A stretch of 64,000 nt of DNA from Nitrospirota bacterium (GTDB taxonomy: Bacteria; Nitrospirota; Nitrospiria; 2-01-FULL-66-17). Positions 40,601 to 49,561 of this stretch are shown here, in pieces. How positions within the stretch are numbered: the stretch's first letter is position 1; each line of letters begins with the position of its first letter. Location: positions 64,001-128,000 of the forward strand of contig JBMOMC010000007.1 of assembly GCA_049325335.1 (NCBI GenBank). Direction: 5' to 3'. The notes under the pieces are model-generated. The model made no database searches and was not told where the DNA came from. It saw only the letters and a list, made by a program, of their open reading frames with translations. The translations under genes and the position numbers were made by a program.

Positions 40601-41927
40601 TCAATTGGAACGTGGCCGCGTTCCGGAACACCGGGGCGATCAGCGTGGCGAAGTGACGGCCCGGCACTCCTTCCGTAGACGTTTCCGTCACGCGGATCGT
40701 CAGATACACGATCCGCGACGTCTCCTCGGACGGAATGGGAATATTGAGGATCACAAAGCGCCCCGACCCCACGGGTTGCTGGTCCGCGTTGAGGACCGGC
40801 AACCCGGCGCCGTCCAAGTACACGATGACACCGTTGCTCGCGTCTCCGCGGTTCCCCGACGCGAGCGGGGCGCCGGCGTCGTCCGTCAGTTGAATGTAGG
40901 CGCCGTTTCTGGGGCTGCCGTTCTCCGCACGGAGTTGGCCGGCCAAGACGCCTTTGGACGGATCCCACGTCACGCCGGCCGCCTCCGCGGCGGCCCTCAG
41001 GCCCGCCGCGGTTTGAATGGTCAAAAACTCGGTGATATCCGCGGTCTGTAAGTCCGTCAGGCGCGAGCGGTCGGACCGAAAGGACTGGTACGTGTCCACG
41101 AATTTTTCGCCGCCGGACACCTTGACCCAATACAGACCTTCCGACGGCATGCAAAATCGAAACGCGGTGAGCGTCGGCCGGGACACCGCCGCCACGCGAT
41201 CCTGCGTCGGAAGGTCATCGCCGCAGTCCGACGCCTCGCTGACGCGTTGGCCCACGATCGACAACTCCACGTCGGCGCCGCCCAAGTCGGCCTTGCCGAT
41301 CGCCCGCCCGCCCTCGTTGGTGATCTCGCCCGTCACGCCGATGGTCGGGACGACCACCGGCGCCACCGTCACCGTGCCCAGCGACACTTCGTCCGCGAAC
41401 GCGGTGAGTCGACCGGCGCCGCGTCCGCCGGCCACGGCCGTGAGGAAGACCTCTCCCGGGTCCACGTTGAACGCGGTGAAGCCGCCCGAGGCGACCGTTC
41501 CACGCGTCTGGACAAAGTCGGGAGTGCCCCCCAGGCTGTTATAGAAAAAATCGCCCAGTCGGCGGCCGCGCACGTCGGTGGCCGCCAACACCACGTCGGC
41601 CGCCGCGATTCCCCTGGAGGTGAACACCCGACCGCTGACCACGCCGGTCGCCGGGCGTTGCGTAATATTGGCGGCCGAAATCATGTTGATGAGGTCCCCG
41701 CCGGACACGATCAGCAAGTTGCCATCCGCCCCGCTCACCGACGTAAACCCCACCTCGAAACCGAAGTTATAAGTGGTCACGTACGGGACATCGCGAACGC
41801 CGGAGACGCCGCTGGGCGCGCCGGGGAAATCCTCGGTCCCACACCCCGCGAGCAGGAGCAGGACCAGCGTCAGAGCCCGCCGCGCGCGCCCCGTCCAAGG
41901 AGTCCCTTTGAGTCTGCGTGTCGTCAT
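37662..41927 (-). CDS. Large lipoprotein with repeated beta-sandwich (carboxypeptidase-regulatory-like) modules and a 7-repeat FG-GAP/VCBS propeller
   Basis: Start trimmed to MTTRR at 41927. Lipobox LLAGC. Seven D-x-[ND]-x-D-G-x-x-D-like repeats (for example EDFNRDGNPD, GDLNFDGLND, GDLTGDGAAD). Repeated vY.D..G.P...GRF...N.P modules. Confidence 0.8.
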   Translation of the reverse strand: MTTRRLKGTPWTGRARRALTLVLLLLAGCGTEDFPGAPSGVSGVRDVPYVTTYNFGFEVGFTSVSGADGNLLIVSGGDLINMISAANITQRPATGVVSGRVFTSRGIAAADVVLAATDVRGRRLGDFFYNSLGGTPDFVQTRGTVASGGFTAFNVDPGEVFLTAVAGGRGAGRLTAFADEVSLGTVTVAPVVVPTIGVTGEITNEGGRAIGKADLGGADVELSIVGQRVSEASDCGDDLPTQDRVAAVSRPTLTAFRFCMPSEGLYWVKVSGGEKFVDTYQSFRSDRSRLTDLQTADITEFLTIQTAAGLRAAAEAAGVTWDPSKGVLAGQLRAENGSPRNGAYIQLTDDAGAPLASGNRGDASNGVIVYLDGAGLPVLNADQQPVGSGRFVILNIPIPSEETSRIVYLTIRVTETSTEGVPGRHFATLIAPVFRNAATFQLITVAAAPPPIEGEAVNFPYFSGPVSGRVMGEDGLAPVANGRITVLGVPLADLADEPRPPGTLPRTGSDPEVFPIAADGTFDVPYNANTASPLPLMQSSEYLVKVEGPGGVADRDYWPTYQRLRTGPATKDPDTRVMHAFTNDLVGVTRRAVAEYLAAVNTGLSPAAPIVQDPSRGLLIGTAVAKGTGLPTPGISVRLAPLDGITVTPAPTIVYFDFAGIPRRELRATTGDGRFLVLNAPVGSVSLEVTSPDDTGNTVADSRAGGVTVVRLGVNNAPPVTVDVSGSIAALVGDIPADGITLSVAGGDPMAMRTECPENTVERGGVCYQDPTVLENSKDKKPIPCGRTEVYGEFRIERDGFCVLNYTAGATFTVPIGSSRDVVMRTAGAGLMDTYTYGTRTTDRAVNGVSVGAVTPVAIEAVASSAGLTRAAGTGVIWGRTTVTGFGETDASGALVPRTCAGWTMFPNNDPAGCAALGMPGALVTGFFNADTYRDLAVVDTTPMGTGSGPGITVWLNTSDGSFVRSQRIGRRPDCRIGDADCGVEDGPEAVSVVDFTDDGLADLVVLNRISRSVSMLEGRGRGQFVFGGSLEVGTSAVDPNAMAVEDFNRDGNPDVFITDHTSGRLIALFGTGSGFRMGDPSDTVVGESPQAVISGFVDSDGVPDVVFVNERAIVVRTLGNNGFRGYTVPTGDAARFSAAAIGDLNFDGLNDVVVTDRAANTAWIFLNSASGLQTPTPVPTGNDPAAVALMDVHNDGALDLVVLNRGDGTILLRQGNGQGSFTSEQIVTVGGAPSFMALGDLTGDGAADVALSNPSVPLQRVIVLPQTAGPRAGVAVAATRADGFDVGTVVYLDSSGDAVPGAVATGPSGRFAIFNAPPGMVWLRMRSVGIGSRLVYVYPDSVVNTAFPVIVGSTSTIVMSGATVDAVVRPVGEVQIRFLGTARVTSSRPIELDPNGNASGGADYRVRVEANNDYVLRLSK

Positions 41928-41940
41928 CGAACGGACCACC

Positions 41941-43416
41941 CTAAAAGCTATATTGCAATTCGGAATAAACGCGCGAATGGTTCGTAAAAAACCCCACGAA
42001 ATGAAACTGACCTGGCAACGGCTCCTCCCCCGGTTTGGCGTCGGAAATGGCCCCATGCAACAGGTCCGCGCCGACGCTGAGTTTGACGCGTTGCGTCAGC
42101 CCGTACTCCATACGCGGTCGCACCAACCACTCCCGGTCGTTGCGAAACAAGAGCACCAAGGCCTGCACCACCAACCGATCGTGCAGGAGCCCCTTGCGCA
42201 CGAACGCGCCGTAGACCGTATCGACCTGGTCCTGGATCATGTTGGGCTCCCAGTCCGGAATGCGGTGTTGCAACACCTGCGCCGACCATTCCGCGCCCAA
42301 CAATGTGCCGTCCACACCCACTGCGTATTTGAGATAGTCTTTCTGCACCTCGCCCAACTGAAGGACGTTCGTCCCGTCCGTCCTGGTGAACCGACTGAGA
42401 ATGGTGCCGAAGAGTTTGTCCTGAACCCAGGCCGCCTCGGCATTGAGAATGAGGCGCCCGAGCGCGGTGGACACCGTGGCCCCGAAAATCTCCAGCCGCC
42501 CCACCCGCGGTTTGAAGGTCACCTCGGTCCTGTTGTTGAACTGACTGGGGCTCTCCACCGTCCGGAACGCAATGGGAAAGTCGTCCCAGGTGGAGAAGTA
42601 ACTGGCGGACAGATCCCACCCGCCGATCAACCGGGAGAGCTTGAGCGCCCATTCGCTATTGTGGACCGTTTGCGCGGGGCGTTTCATCCCCGGAAGGAAC
42701 CGAAACTGTTCAAATTCGCTCTCCCGCGCGGCCGGCTCGTGGGTGCGAAGGTCAGGAATCCACAGACCTTCCAAGGTTGTCTCCCCCATGTACAGGTCGG
42801 CTTTGAGCATCCACAGGGGAATGTAGCGGTCATTGACCTCCCGCAAAATGAATTCGTGGAAATCGAGCGGATTGATCTCGTCCGTGACCCGCGCGCCCTC
42901 GACCACGCCCCACCGAACGATCTGCCGCCCCGCGCGAATGTCCAGGACGCGAAAGTGCACATCCAAGTAGAACTCGCGGAGCTCGGCCCCGGTTTTACGG
43001 ATCTCCACGTTGCGGATATTGTCGATCGTGACCGCGTTGACCTCTGGGCCGGTGTCGATTTCGGACGTGAGGATGGATTCCGGGCCCTTGCGCGGGCTGA
43101 TGGTATCGATGTCGACCAAATCATACGCCGCGTCGTAGTACCCCCGCACCCGCGCGGAGAGCTGCGCGCGCGGACCAAACGTATACCGCGGCTCGAGATT
43201 GACGATGTTGAGCACCTTGACCAAACCGGCGGGTTGGTTGAGGCGCCAAGCGGTTTCGTTGCGCAGATATCCGTTCAGCGTCAGGTGTTCCCGCCACCCG
43301 GGAGACGACGGCGTGTCCCCCGTATCTTGGCTCCACGCCGGTGCGGCGGACACCAGTAGCCCGGCGACCATCACTGCCGCGGCCAGGCGGATCATCCTGC
43401 CCATCGAACGCGTCAC
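41941..43416 (-). CDS. DUF1302-like outer-membrane beta-barrel protein
   Basis: Signal peptide, ELREFYLD, IRAGRQIVRWG, DEINPLDF and C-terminal ELQYSF (Bam signal). Confidence 0.75.
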   Translation of the reverse strand: MTRSMGRMIRLAAAVMVAGLLVSAAPAWSQDTGDTPSSPGWREHLTLNGYLRNETAWRLNQPAGLVKVLNIVNLEPRYTFGPRAQLSARVRGYYDAAYDLVDIDTISPRKGPESILTSEIDTGPEVNAVTIDNIRNVEIRKTGAELREFYLDVHFRVLDIRAGRQIVRWGVVEGARVTDEINPLDFHEFILREVNDRYIPLWMLKADLYMGETTLEGLWIPDLRTHEPAARESEFEQFRFLPGMKRPAQTVHNSEWALKLSRLIGGWDLSASYFSTWDDFPIAFRTVESPSQFNNRTEVTFKPRVGRLEIFGATVSTALGRLILNAEAAWVQDKLFGTILSRFTRTDGTNVLQLGEVQKDYLKYAVGVDGTLLGAEWSAQVLQHRIPDWEPNMIQDQVDTVYGAFVRKGLLHDRLVVQALVLLFRNDREWLVRPRMEYGLTQRVKLSVGADLLHGAISDAKPGEEPLPGQFHFVGFFTNHSRVYSELQYSF

Positions 43417-43417
43417 G

Positions 43418-46400
43418 TCAGAAGGTCTTGCTGACCGACAGGGACGAGGTGTACTTGCGGTAAGGGCCGGTCGCCTGAGCCAGGTTATTCCGCAGTTCGT
43501 CGATATCTTCGGTGCGGTTGAGAGAAAAACTCGAATCGTTCTGCGTCAAATGCGCTCCGAACGAGATCACCAGGTCGCTGCGAAACGTGTAACTGAGATC
43601 CACCCCGTAGCTCTTGGACACGCTCTGAAGAAACACCAGGGTCTCAATCGTGGTGTCGCCGCGCACCGTAGACCTGCGCGTCGGGTTGACGTAGTCGGTG
43701 AACCCTAGACTGTAGGTGAGACTCAGTCCCATCCCAGCCCACAGTTGTCGGCTGAAGCTCACGGCCAGACCTTTCGATTGGCTGACCTGGTCGGCGCGGT
43801 TGGCATCGTTCGTCGACCCGGAAAAACTCCCGCCCACGCTCCCGGAGGCGCCCAGGGACTGCGACAGGGACAGGGAGTAGCCCGTACTCGCGTTTCTCGC
43901 GGTGCTGGCGCCCAGCCCGATCGACGTGTTATAGGAGAGCCCAATCGTCAGACTGGACGGCAACTGCCCGCGTCTAGTCCATGACGCGCCGAGTGATTGG
44001 CCCAGCGACGCCGGTCCATCACTCCCATGGCCGTACGACCACCCGAGGGATCCGCCCACCTCCATGATCGGACTCAGTATGTACTCACCCGAGGTCGACA
44101 GCGCCATACTGACGGACGCGCCCTGCTGATAGACCAACGACGACGATTCCGACAGGGTGAGCCCGCTCCGGAGCCGGACCTGCTCCTCGTTGATCAACGT
44201 GTACGTCATGGTCCCGCCAACGCTACTGGAGACCTCGCTGATGGGATCGGTCTCGCTCGACGCCAAATTCGAGTCATAGCTCCACGGCGTGGCGCGTAAG
44301 GTTAGGCGATAGGGTCTGAGCCGTTGCTCCAGCGTGGCAATGGCGTCTTCCGCGCTCCGGCGGAGGTCCACCGCCTCTTTTTCGGTTCGGTTCGCCAGCA
44401 GCTCCCGCACCTTTCGGTAGTGACGCAACGACAAGGCCATCCGGCGCTGCTCTCCGTAATAAAACGCGAGGTTCCAGTGGACGATGGGGGTGGACGTCCC
44501 GTTCGCCAACTCCACGTTGCGTTCAAACGCCGCGAGCGCGTCGTCGAAGCGTTCGAGGTGCACGAGTACGGTGCCGATCGACGCATATGGAAGCGGCGTA
44601 TTCGGCGCCAACTCCGCGGCCTTGCGGTACGCAGCCAAGGCTTCCTCCCAGCGCTTTTGCTGCTCGAACAGAAACCCCAATTGCAGCGACGGTTTGGCGG
44701 ACTGAGGATTGACCGCGGCCGCCCGCTCCAGCGCTTCCTGAGCCCGGCCGTATTCTTGGAAGTCGGTCAGAATCGCGCCCACGTTGAGGTACGGTTGGTA
44801 ATCGTAGGGGAACCGCTGCGAAGAGGCCATAAACGCATTCAACGCGTCGACGAACCGGCCTTGTGCGCCGAGGACCCCGCCCACCGTGAGCCACCCTTGC
44901 CCCTCCTCAAACCGCCCCAGATAGTCCACCGCGTCCGCACGGCGTTTGTAGGCTTCCTCGAGGAACCACGCGCCTTCTCCGTTGGTGATCGCCAAATCGA
45001 ACCGTCCGACTGCGGCGCGGTATTCAGCCTGCGCTTCCGGCAAGCTGCGGGCATCCCGCGCCTGTTCCGCGCTGTTCTGGAACAACACGCCCAACCAAAA
45101 GTGCGCCAGGCCGTAGGTTGGTAAGACCTCCAGAACGCGCTCGAACGCCCGGGCGGCCACCACCGTGTTCCCGAGGTTAAACGCGGCCAACCCGCGGTTA
45201 AACGCGTAGTACGGATTGCCTTCGTCCAGCGCCGCGGCGCGGGTAAACCCCCGGTACGCGGCCTCATAGTCCAGGCGCTGAAACGCCTCCGCGCCCTCGC
45301 TGAATGATCGGCGCGCTTCCACGGCGAGGCCGCTCTTGAGGGTGTAGACTTTTTCGCGGGCTTCTTCGAGCGCCGGCAATCGACGCCGCGCTTCCACCCC
45401 CTCGCGCACGGGCCCCCGCAACTCCACGACCCGCTGATAGTGCTGGATCGCCTCGTCGAACAACCCCTGCCCGGCTTCGATCTCCGCCAATAAGAACCAC
45501 GCGGGGTAAAAGTCGGGGTCGCCCTCCAACCCTCGCTTGAGCATTCCCATCGCTTCAACGGTCCGGCCGCGTTTGGCCACGATCAACCCAAGCGCCAAGT
45601 TGGCGGGAGCCTGCGTGGGCACCACCGAGACCACGCGCTCAAACAGGCGTTGCGCCTCGTCCACGCGTCCGGACCGGATGGCCTCTTCAGCCGCGCGCAT
45701 CCAGGCGCGCACCTCCACGGCCTGTTCCGGCGTTGCCCCAAGCTGAGACAACCGTCGTTCCGCAAAACGCACGTCCGGGTGGTCCGCCCGCGTCTGGGCC
45801 GCGGCGCGATACGCGGCGACCGCGTCGCCATGACGTTCGGTGCGCTCCAAGAGCCGGCCCAGATTGACCTGCGCGGGGAAAAACGAGGGCTCAACCCCGA
45901 CGGCCGTCCGCCACCGCGCCTCCGCGTCTTCCTCGCGCCCAGCGCGCTCGGCCAAATTCCCGAGGAGCAACAGGGTCTGCAAATGTTTGGGCACCCGCTC
46001 GATGACCGACAGCAACTCGGCTTCCGCGGCCGCGGTCTCCCCGGCGGACAGGGCGCGCGCCCCAGCCAGAAACGCACGTTCAGCCGCCCGGTAGGTCTCG
46101 GCATCGGGGCCGAGTTGATCCAACCGCGAGGCGGCGCGGCGCGCGGAGTCGGAGTCCGGAGCCAGGTCTATGACCCGCCGGTACGCGGGGATGGCATCAA
46201 CCGCGCGGCGTCCGGCCTCGTACGCGCGGCCTAACGCCAACCATGCGGTCGGGTCGTCTGGAAACGCGTCCACCGCGGCGCGCAAGCGGTCGATCGCCTC
46301 CGGCGTCAAGCCCTGCTGCAGCAATGTCATCCCCTCTTGCACCGCCTCCTGCGCCGTCCCTAATTGCGACCACGCGGGGACGGGCACACCAGCCAGGATC

Positions 46401-46456
46401 ACCCAGACCGCAACCATAGGGGCGCACAGCCGTGCGCCCCTACCCCTGATGACCAT
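43418..46456 (-). CDS. Secreted multi-TPR protein with C-terminal outer-membrane beta-barrel (Slam/BcsC-like architecture)
   Basis: Signal peptide (PAWS/Q), about 700 aa of TPRs, then SYDSNL and alternating Ser/Thr-hydrophobic strands ending SLSVSKTF. Confidence 0.75.
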   Translation of the reverse strand: MVIRGRGARLCAPMVAVWVILAGVPVPAWSQLGTAQEAVQEGMTLLQQGLTPEAIDRLRAAVDAFPDDPTAWLALGRAYEAGRRAVDAIPAYRRVIDLAPDSDSARRAASRLDQLGPDAETYRAAERAFLAGARALSAGETAAAEAELLSVIERVPKHLQTLLLLGNLAERAGREEDAEARWRTAVGVEPSFFPAQVNLGRLLERTERHGDAVAAYRAAAQTRADHPDVRFAERRLSQLGATPEQAVEVRAWMRAAEEAIRSGRVDEAQRLFERVVSVVPTQAPANLALGLIVAKRGRTVEAMGMLKRGLEGDPDFYPAWFLLAEIEAGQGLFDEAIQHYQRVVELRGPVREGVEARRRLPALEEAREKVYTLKSGLAVEARRSFSEGAEAFQRLDYEAAYRGFTRAAALDEGNPYYAFNRGLAAFNLGNTVVAARAFERVLEVLPTYGLAHFWLGVLFQNSAEQARDARSLPEAQAEYRAAVGRFDLAITNGEGAWFLEEAYKRRADAVDYLGRFEEGQGWLTVGGVLGAQGRFVDALNAFMASSQRFPYDYQPYLNVGAILTDFQEYGRAQEALERAAAVNPQSAKPSLQLGFLFEQQKRWEEALAAYRKAAELAPNTPLPYASIGTVLVHLERFDDALAAFERNVELANGTSTPIVHWNLAFYYGEQRRMALSLRHYRKVRELLANRTEKEAVDLRRSAEDAIATLEQRLRPYRLTLRATPWSYDSNLASSETDPISEVSSSVGGTMTYTLINEEQVRLRSGLTLSESSSLVYQQGASVSMALSTSGEYILSPIMEVGGSLGWSYGHGSDGPASLGQSLGASWTRRGQLPSSLTIGLSYNTSIGLGASTARNASTGYSLSLSQSLGASGSVGGSFSGSTNDANRADQVSQSKGLAVSFSRQLWAGMGLSLTYSLGFTDYVNPTRRSTVRGDTTIETLVFLQSVSKSYGVDLSYTFRSDLVISFGAHLTQNDSSFSLNRTEDIDELRNNLAQATGPYRKYTSSLSVSKTF

Positions 46457-46610
46457 GGCCTCCCATCCGCATCCACCGCCCCCACAGAGTGACCCCCACG
46501 GTTACCGCTTCATTCCCTTAACCGCTCGGAAAAACTGGGGATTTGACGCCAACCACAGGAAGGTACCACAGGGGGGCCGACCACACCAGGTGCGCGGGGC
46601 GGTGCCATGC

Positions 46611-46644
46611 AAAAAAAAGGGGAAGCCCATTGCTGGGCTTCCCC
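46611..46644 (-). terminator. Rho-independent terminator after the large secreted protein
   Basis: Minus strand GGGGAAGCCC-AGCAAT-GGGCTTCCCC followed by T8. Confidence 0.92.
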
Positions 46645-46672
46645 TGTACTGCGTACTACACCTACCGGGTGC

Positions 46673-48631
46673 TTACGGGAGCTGAGTAACCGAGAGTCCC
46701 CCGTTGACAGGCGGATGACCGACCTCATCGAAGTCGGGGAACGCCGGCCAGTTGATGTTGAACGTAATCGACACACCCGTCGAGGGCGGTGCCACGTGCG
46801 GCGAACAGTTCAAGCAAGACATCAGGTAGCTGCTGTTCGTCGGATCATCGTCGCGTTGCTCGACGAGTTGGTTCAACCCGAAGTTGGCAGCAGTTGCCCC
46901 GCCGTTCTCGCTCGCGCCCAAGAAGCTGAACGCATGCCCGTTCGTCTCACGGATCCACCCGCGGAGACCGTTTTCAATGGCCTCTTTGTAGTAGATCGTC
47001 CCGTCATCCGCGCTTCCGTAGAAGCCGTCGGCTCCGGGATCTGACACACAGGAGTTCCAGTAGTACGTGACCCCGCTCACCACCACCGGGGTGCCGAACA
47101 GCGTCGCGCTGTCCGTACATGCCACGTACACGCCGGCGCTCTGATACGGATCGCCGGCCACACGCGCCGGGTTCAGGTCGTTCCCGAAGCGTTTCAACAC
47201 GCTGTCGGCAAGCCCACCGGGGTTGTTGGAGTTGTACACCATGGCCATGGTCACGCCATTGGCGTCAAGTGTCGTCGACACCACGGCGTCGATGGCTCCG
47301 CCTTCGGCCGGATCTCCGCACATGTCTTCGCCGTAGTTATGACCACGGTCCCCACAGATCACCCACGAATACGGGTCCGCGCCTTCTTCCGAGTGTACGT
47401 TCGGCCCGCTGTACACGCGGAACTGGCTGATGATTTGCTGCTCAAAGCCCGTGTTCGGGGTTTGCGGAGCGCCGGTGATTTCATCCGGCGCTTCACCACC
47501 CAAGTATTGGGCCAGGCGGTCGTCGATCACGGACGGCAGTTTTTCCAGATCCGTCAACGTCTTGGTCACCAGGACTGTACCGCCGTTGTTCAACGCCCCA
47601 ATGGTGTCGAGTTTGGTCACCTGGGTGATCTCCAACGCCGTGGCGTCTTCCGCCGCGTTGTCGCTGCCGACGCCGCCGGTGTTGCCGTTGGCGCCTTTGA
47701 TCACGTACAGGTGGAGGTCCTCGTAGTCATTGGGCGTCCCACCATCGATGATGTAGAATTCACACCATCCCGAACCACCACACCCATCGGAATTGTTCTG
47801 GGTGAGGCTGCTGCCGTCCTGATCCAGCGCAAAGTGCCCGTCCAAGTTGCTCATCGCGCGCCACCGAATCACGGTGTGATTGCGCGCAAAGCTCATGGAC
47901 GACCGGATGCTCTGGTTAAACGCCGAGGCATCCAACGCCGGAACCGTGACGGCGTCGCCGCCGCCGGCCGTGTATTTGACCATCAGGTTGTCGACCCAGG
48001 CGGCCCGTTCGTGCGGCCAGTACCGGGGGAACTTCCCAGTGGTCAACGGCTCGCCATGGGCGTCCGTCATTTCCAAAATTCCGTTCAACGCGCCCTGGAA
48101 CGACGAGTTGGCCAAGGCCAACCCAACGTCCCCGCCGGGGCCCGCGGTGCCGACTTCAGGGAAGAACGGGAACCGCTGCGCCAACGGCGCAAACCCGCTC
48201 AACCACTGCCCGCCCGAAAACGAGGGCTGCATCAGCATACGATACCCGGTCCGGTGATGGTCGCCGGACGGCGGAATAAACGGGGTGCCAAACCGCGGAT
48301 CATAGTACAAGCCAGTGGTCCAGGCCGTGAGTGAGGCCGCGCCCCAGTTCCCACAGTCGCCGGCGCCCAGGCTCAGCCCCGCGTTATTGATAAGCGCGTT
48401 ACACGGCCGAATCGTGCCGATGTAGGGGACGTGGATCAACGTCGTCGTCCCCGCAATGCCGGCCGTTTGTCCGGCCGTCAGGAACACGGGGATCAACCGC
48501 CCGCTCCCAGCCGCGCCGGTACCGACTGTTTCGTTGATGGTGAAGAGGTTGGATGCCGACGCGGGCGACGCAAGAACCGCGAGCCCGAGGGCAGCCAGAC
48601 CCAACACCATAGATTTGCTGTGTCTGATCAT
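46673..48631 (-). CDS. Secreted Gly/Thr/Asp-rich protein of unknown function (candidate surface or structural protein)
   Basis: AGGAAAGG RBS before MIRHSK at 48631, with an alternative in-frame start at 48700. Sec signal ...ASPASA/SN. Ten Cys, DPGADGFYGSADD motif and C-terminal CLNCSPH. Confidence 0.75.
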   Translation of the reverse strand: MIRHSKSMVLGLAALGLAVLASPASASNLFTINETVGTGAAGSGRLIPVFLTAGQTAGIAGTTTLIHVPYIGTIRPCNALINNAGLSLGAGDCGNWGAASLTAWTTGLYYDPRFGTPFIPPSGDHHRTGYRMLMQPSFSGGQWLSGFAPLAQRFPFFPEVGTAGPGGDVGLALANSSFQGALNGILEMTDAHGEPLTTGKFPRYWPHERAAWVDNLMVKYTAGGGDAVTVPALDASAFNQSIRSSMSFARNHTVIRWRAMSNLDGHFALDQDGSSLTQNNSDGCGGSGWCEFYIIDGGTPNDYEDLHLYVIKGANGNTGGVGSDNAAEDATALEITQVTKLDTIGALNNGGTVLVTKTLTDLEKLPSVIDDRLAQYLGGEAPDEITGAPQTPNTGFEQQIISQFRVYSGPNVHSEEGADPYSWVICGDRGHNYGEDMCGDPAEGGAIDAVVSTTLDANGVTMAMVYNSNNPGGLADSVLKRFGNDLNPARVAGDPYQSAGVYVACTDSATLFGTPVVVSGVTYYWNSCVSDPGADGFYGSADDGTIYYKEAIENGLRGWIRETNGHAFSFLGASENGGATAANFGLNQLVEQRDDDPTNSSYLMSCLNCSPHVAPPSTGVSITFNINWPAFPDFDEVGHPPVNGGLSVTQLP

Positions 48632-48802
48632 CGTCTGTACCTTTCCTGATTGAGCCTCTTCCCCCCATGGGAAGAGGTTATACCTAAGTTGCTTCCGCAT
48701 GTCTCATCACCCCCTTTCCTGCGATAGAGTCGCGGGGCTCACGCCCCGGTTGAAGCCATGGTTGAGAACAACACGTTCAACGGTTCAGTTGATCCGTTGG
48801 TA

Positions 48803-49546
48803 TCAACACTGATGCGCCGGACCGATCAGGGTCAGGCCATCCGGACGGCCGTCATTGTTGGCGTCGGTGAGATCGCCGTTAAACGTAAACGTCCCTCCGC
48901 ACGTGGACAAGACCCCGTCTTCCCGCAACGACTGGGTGTAACTACCTTGACTCGCGATCGGGTTACCGTCCGCGTCCGTCAGCGACCGTACGCTGAAACT
49001 CATATCGAACACCTGTCCCTTCTCCGCCACATTCTGCGAAAATTTATATTCGATTTGTGTGCACCGAGTGGTGGGGGCCGACGGCCCCACCGCGGCGCAC
49101 GCGCTGGTTTCCGTGCTGAGACGAGACAGCAACCCGCTGTCCATGGTCTGGAAGGCGCCCGCTAATTCATTGACCCGACTCGTGGTCAGCGGCGAGCAGG
49201 ACGTAATGGAAAACGGCGGCTCGGTCGCGCCGCCGCGGTCGCAGTTTTGGATCACATCCACGCTGCTGCTGCCCTGGGGCACCCCACACCCGAATTGGCT
49301 GCTCGCACACGCGCCCAAGGCACTGGGGGCGAAGGGATTGGACGTGTCCGGGAACGGATCAGACGGCCCAGTGATCGCAGTCGGATCAAAGCCGCGAAGT
49401 TGGGCCATATTCGCATTGGCGACGTTGCTCAGATTCAAGGTGAAGGCATTTTGACCGAACGCCGTCGAGTTCCACCCCGAGATGAGGCTCCCGATCACCA
49501 CCAATCCTCCGATGACAGCACGGCGGTATCCCGACCACCTCCGCAC
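48803..49546 (-). CDS. Secreted Cys-rich protein of unknown function (start uncertain)
   Basis: Signal-like VRRWSGYRRAVIGGLVVIGSLISGWNSTAFG/Q, eight Cys including the last residue, and a DANNDGRPDG Ca-binding-like motif. The 5' extension in the ORF track is AT-rich promoter DNA. Confidence 0.65.
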   Translation of the reverse strand: MRRWSGYRRAVIGGLVVIGSLISGWNSTAFGQNAFTLNLSNVANANMAQLRGFDPTAITGPSDPFPDTSNPFAPSALGACASSQFGCGVPQGSSSVDVIQNCDRGGATEPPFSITSCSPLTTSRVNELAGAFQTMDSGLLSRLSTETSACAAVGPSAPTTRCTQIEYKFSQNVAEKGQVFDMSFSVRSLTDADGNPIASQGSYTQSLREDGVLSTCGGTFTFNGDLTDANNDGRPDGLTLIGPAHQC

Positions 49547-49561
49547 CGGCGGATATCCTAA

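Noticed and set aside
46673..48631. PEP-CTERM/exosortase target or multiheme cytochrome
   Set aside because: No C-terminal PEP-TM-basic motif and no canonical CxxCH, and no exosortase is in the window.
48789..48806. FNR-box-like TTGAT...ATCAA
   Set aside because: The spacer is 8 nt rather than 4 and it overlaps a stop codon. Better explained as an RNA hairpin.
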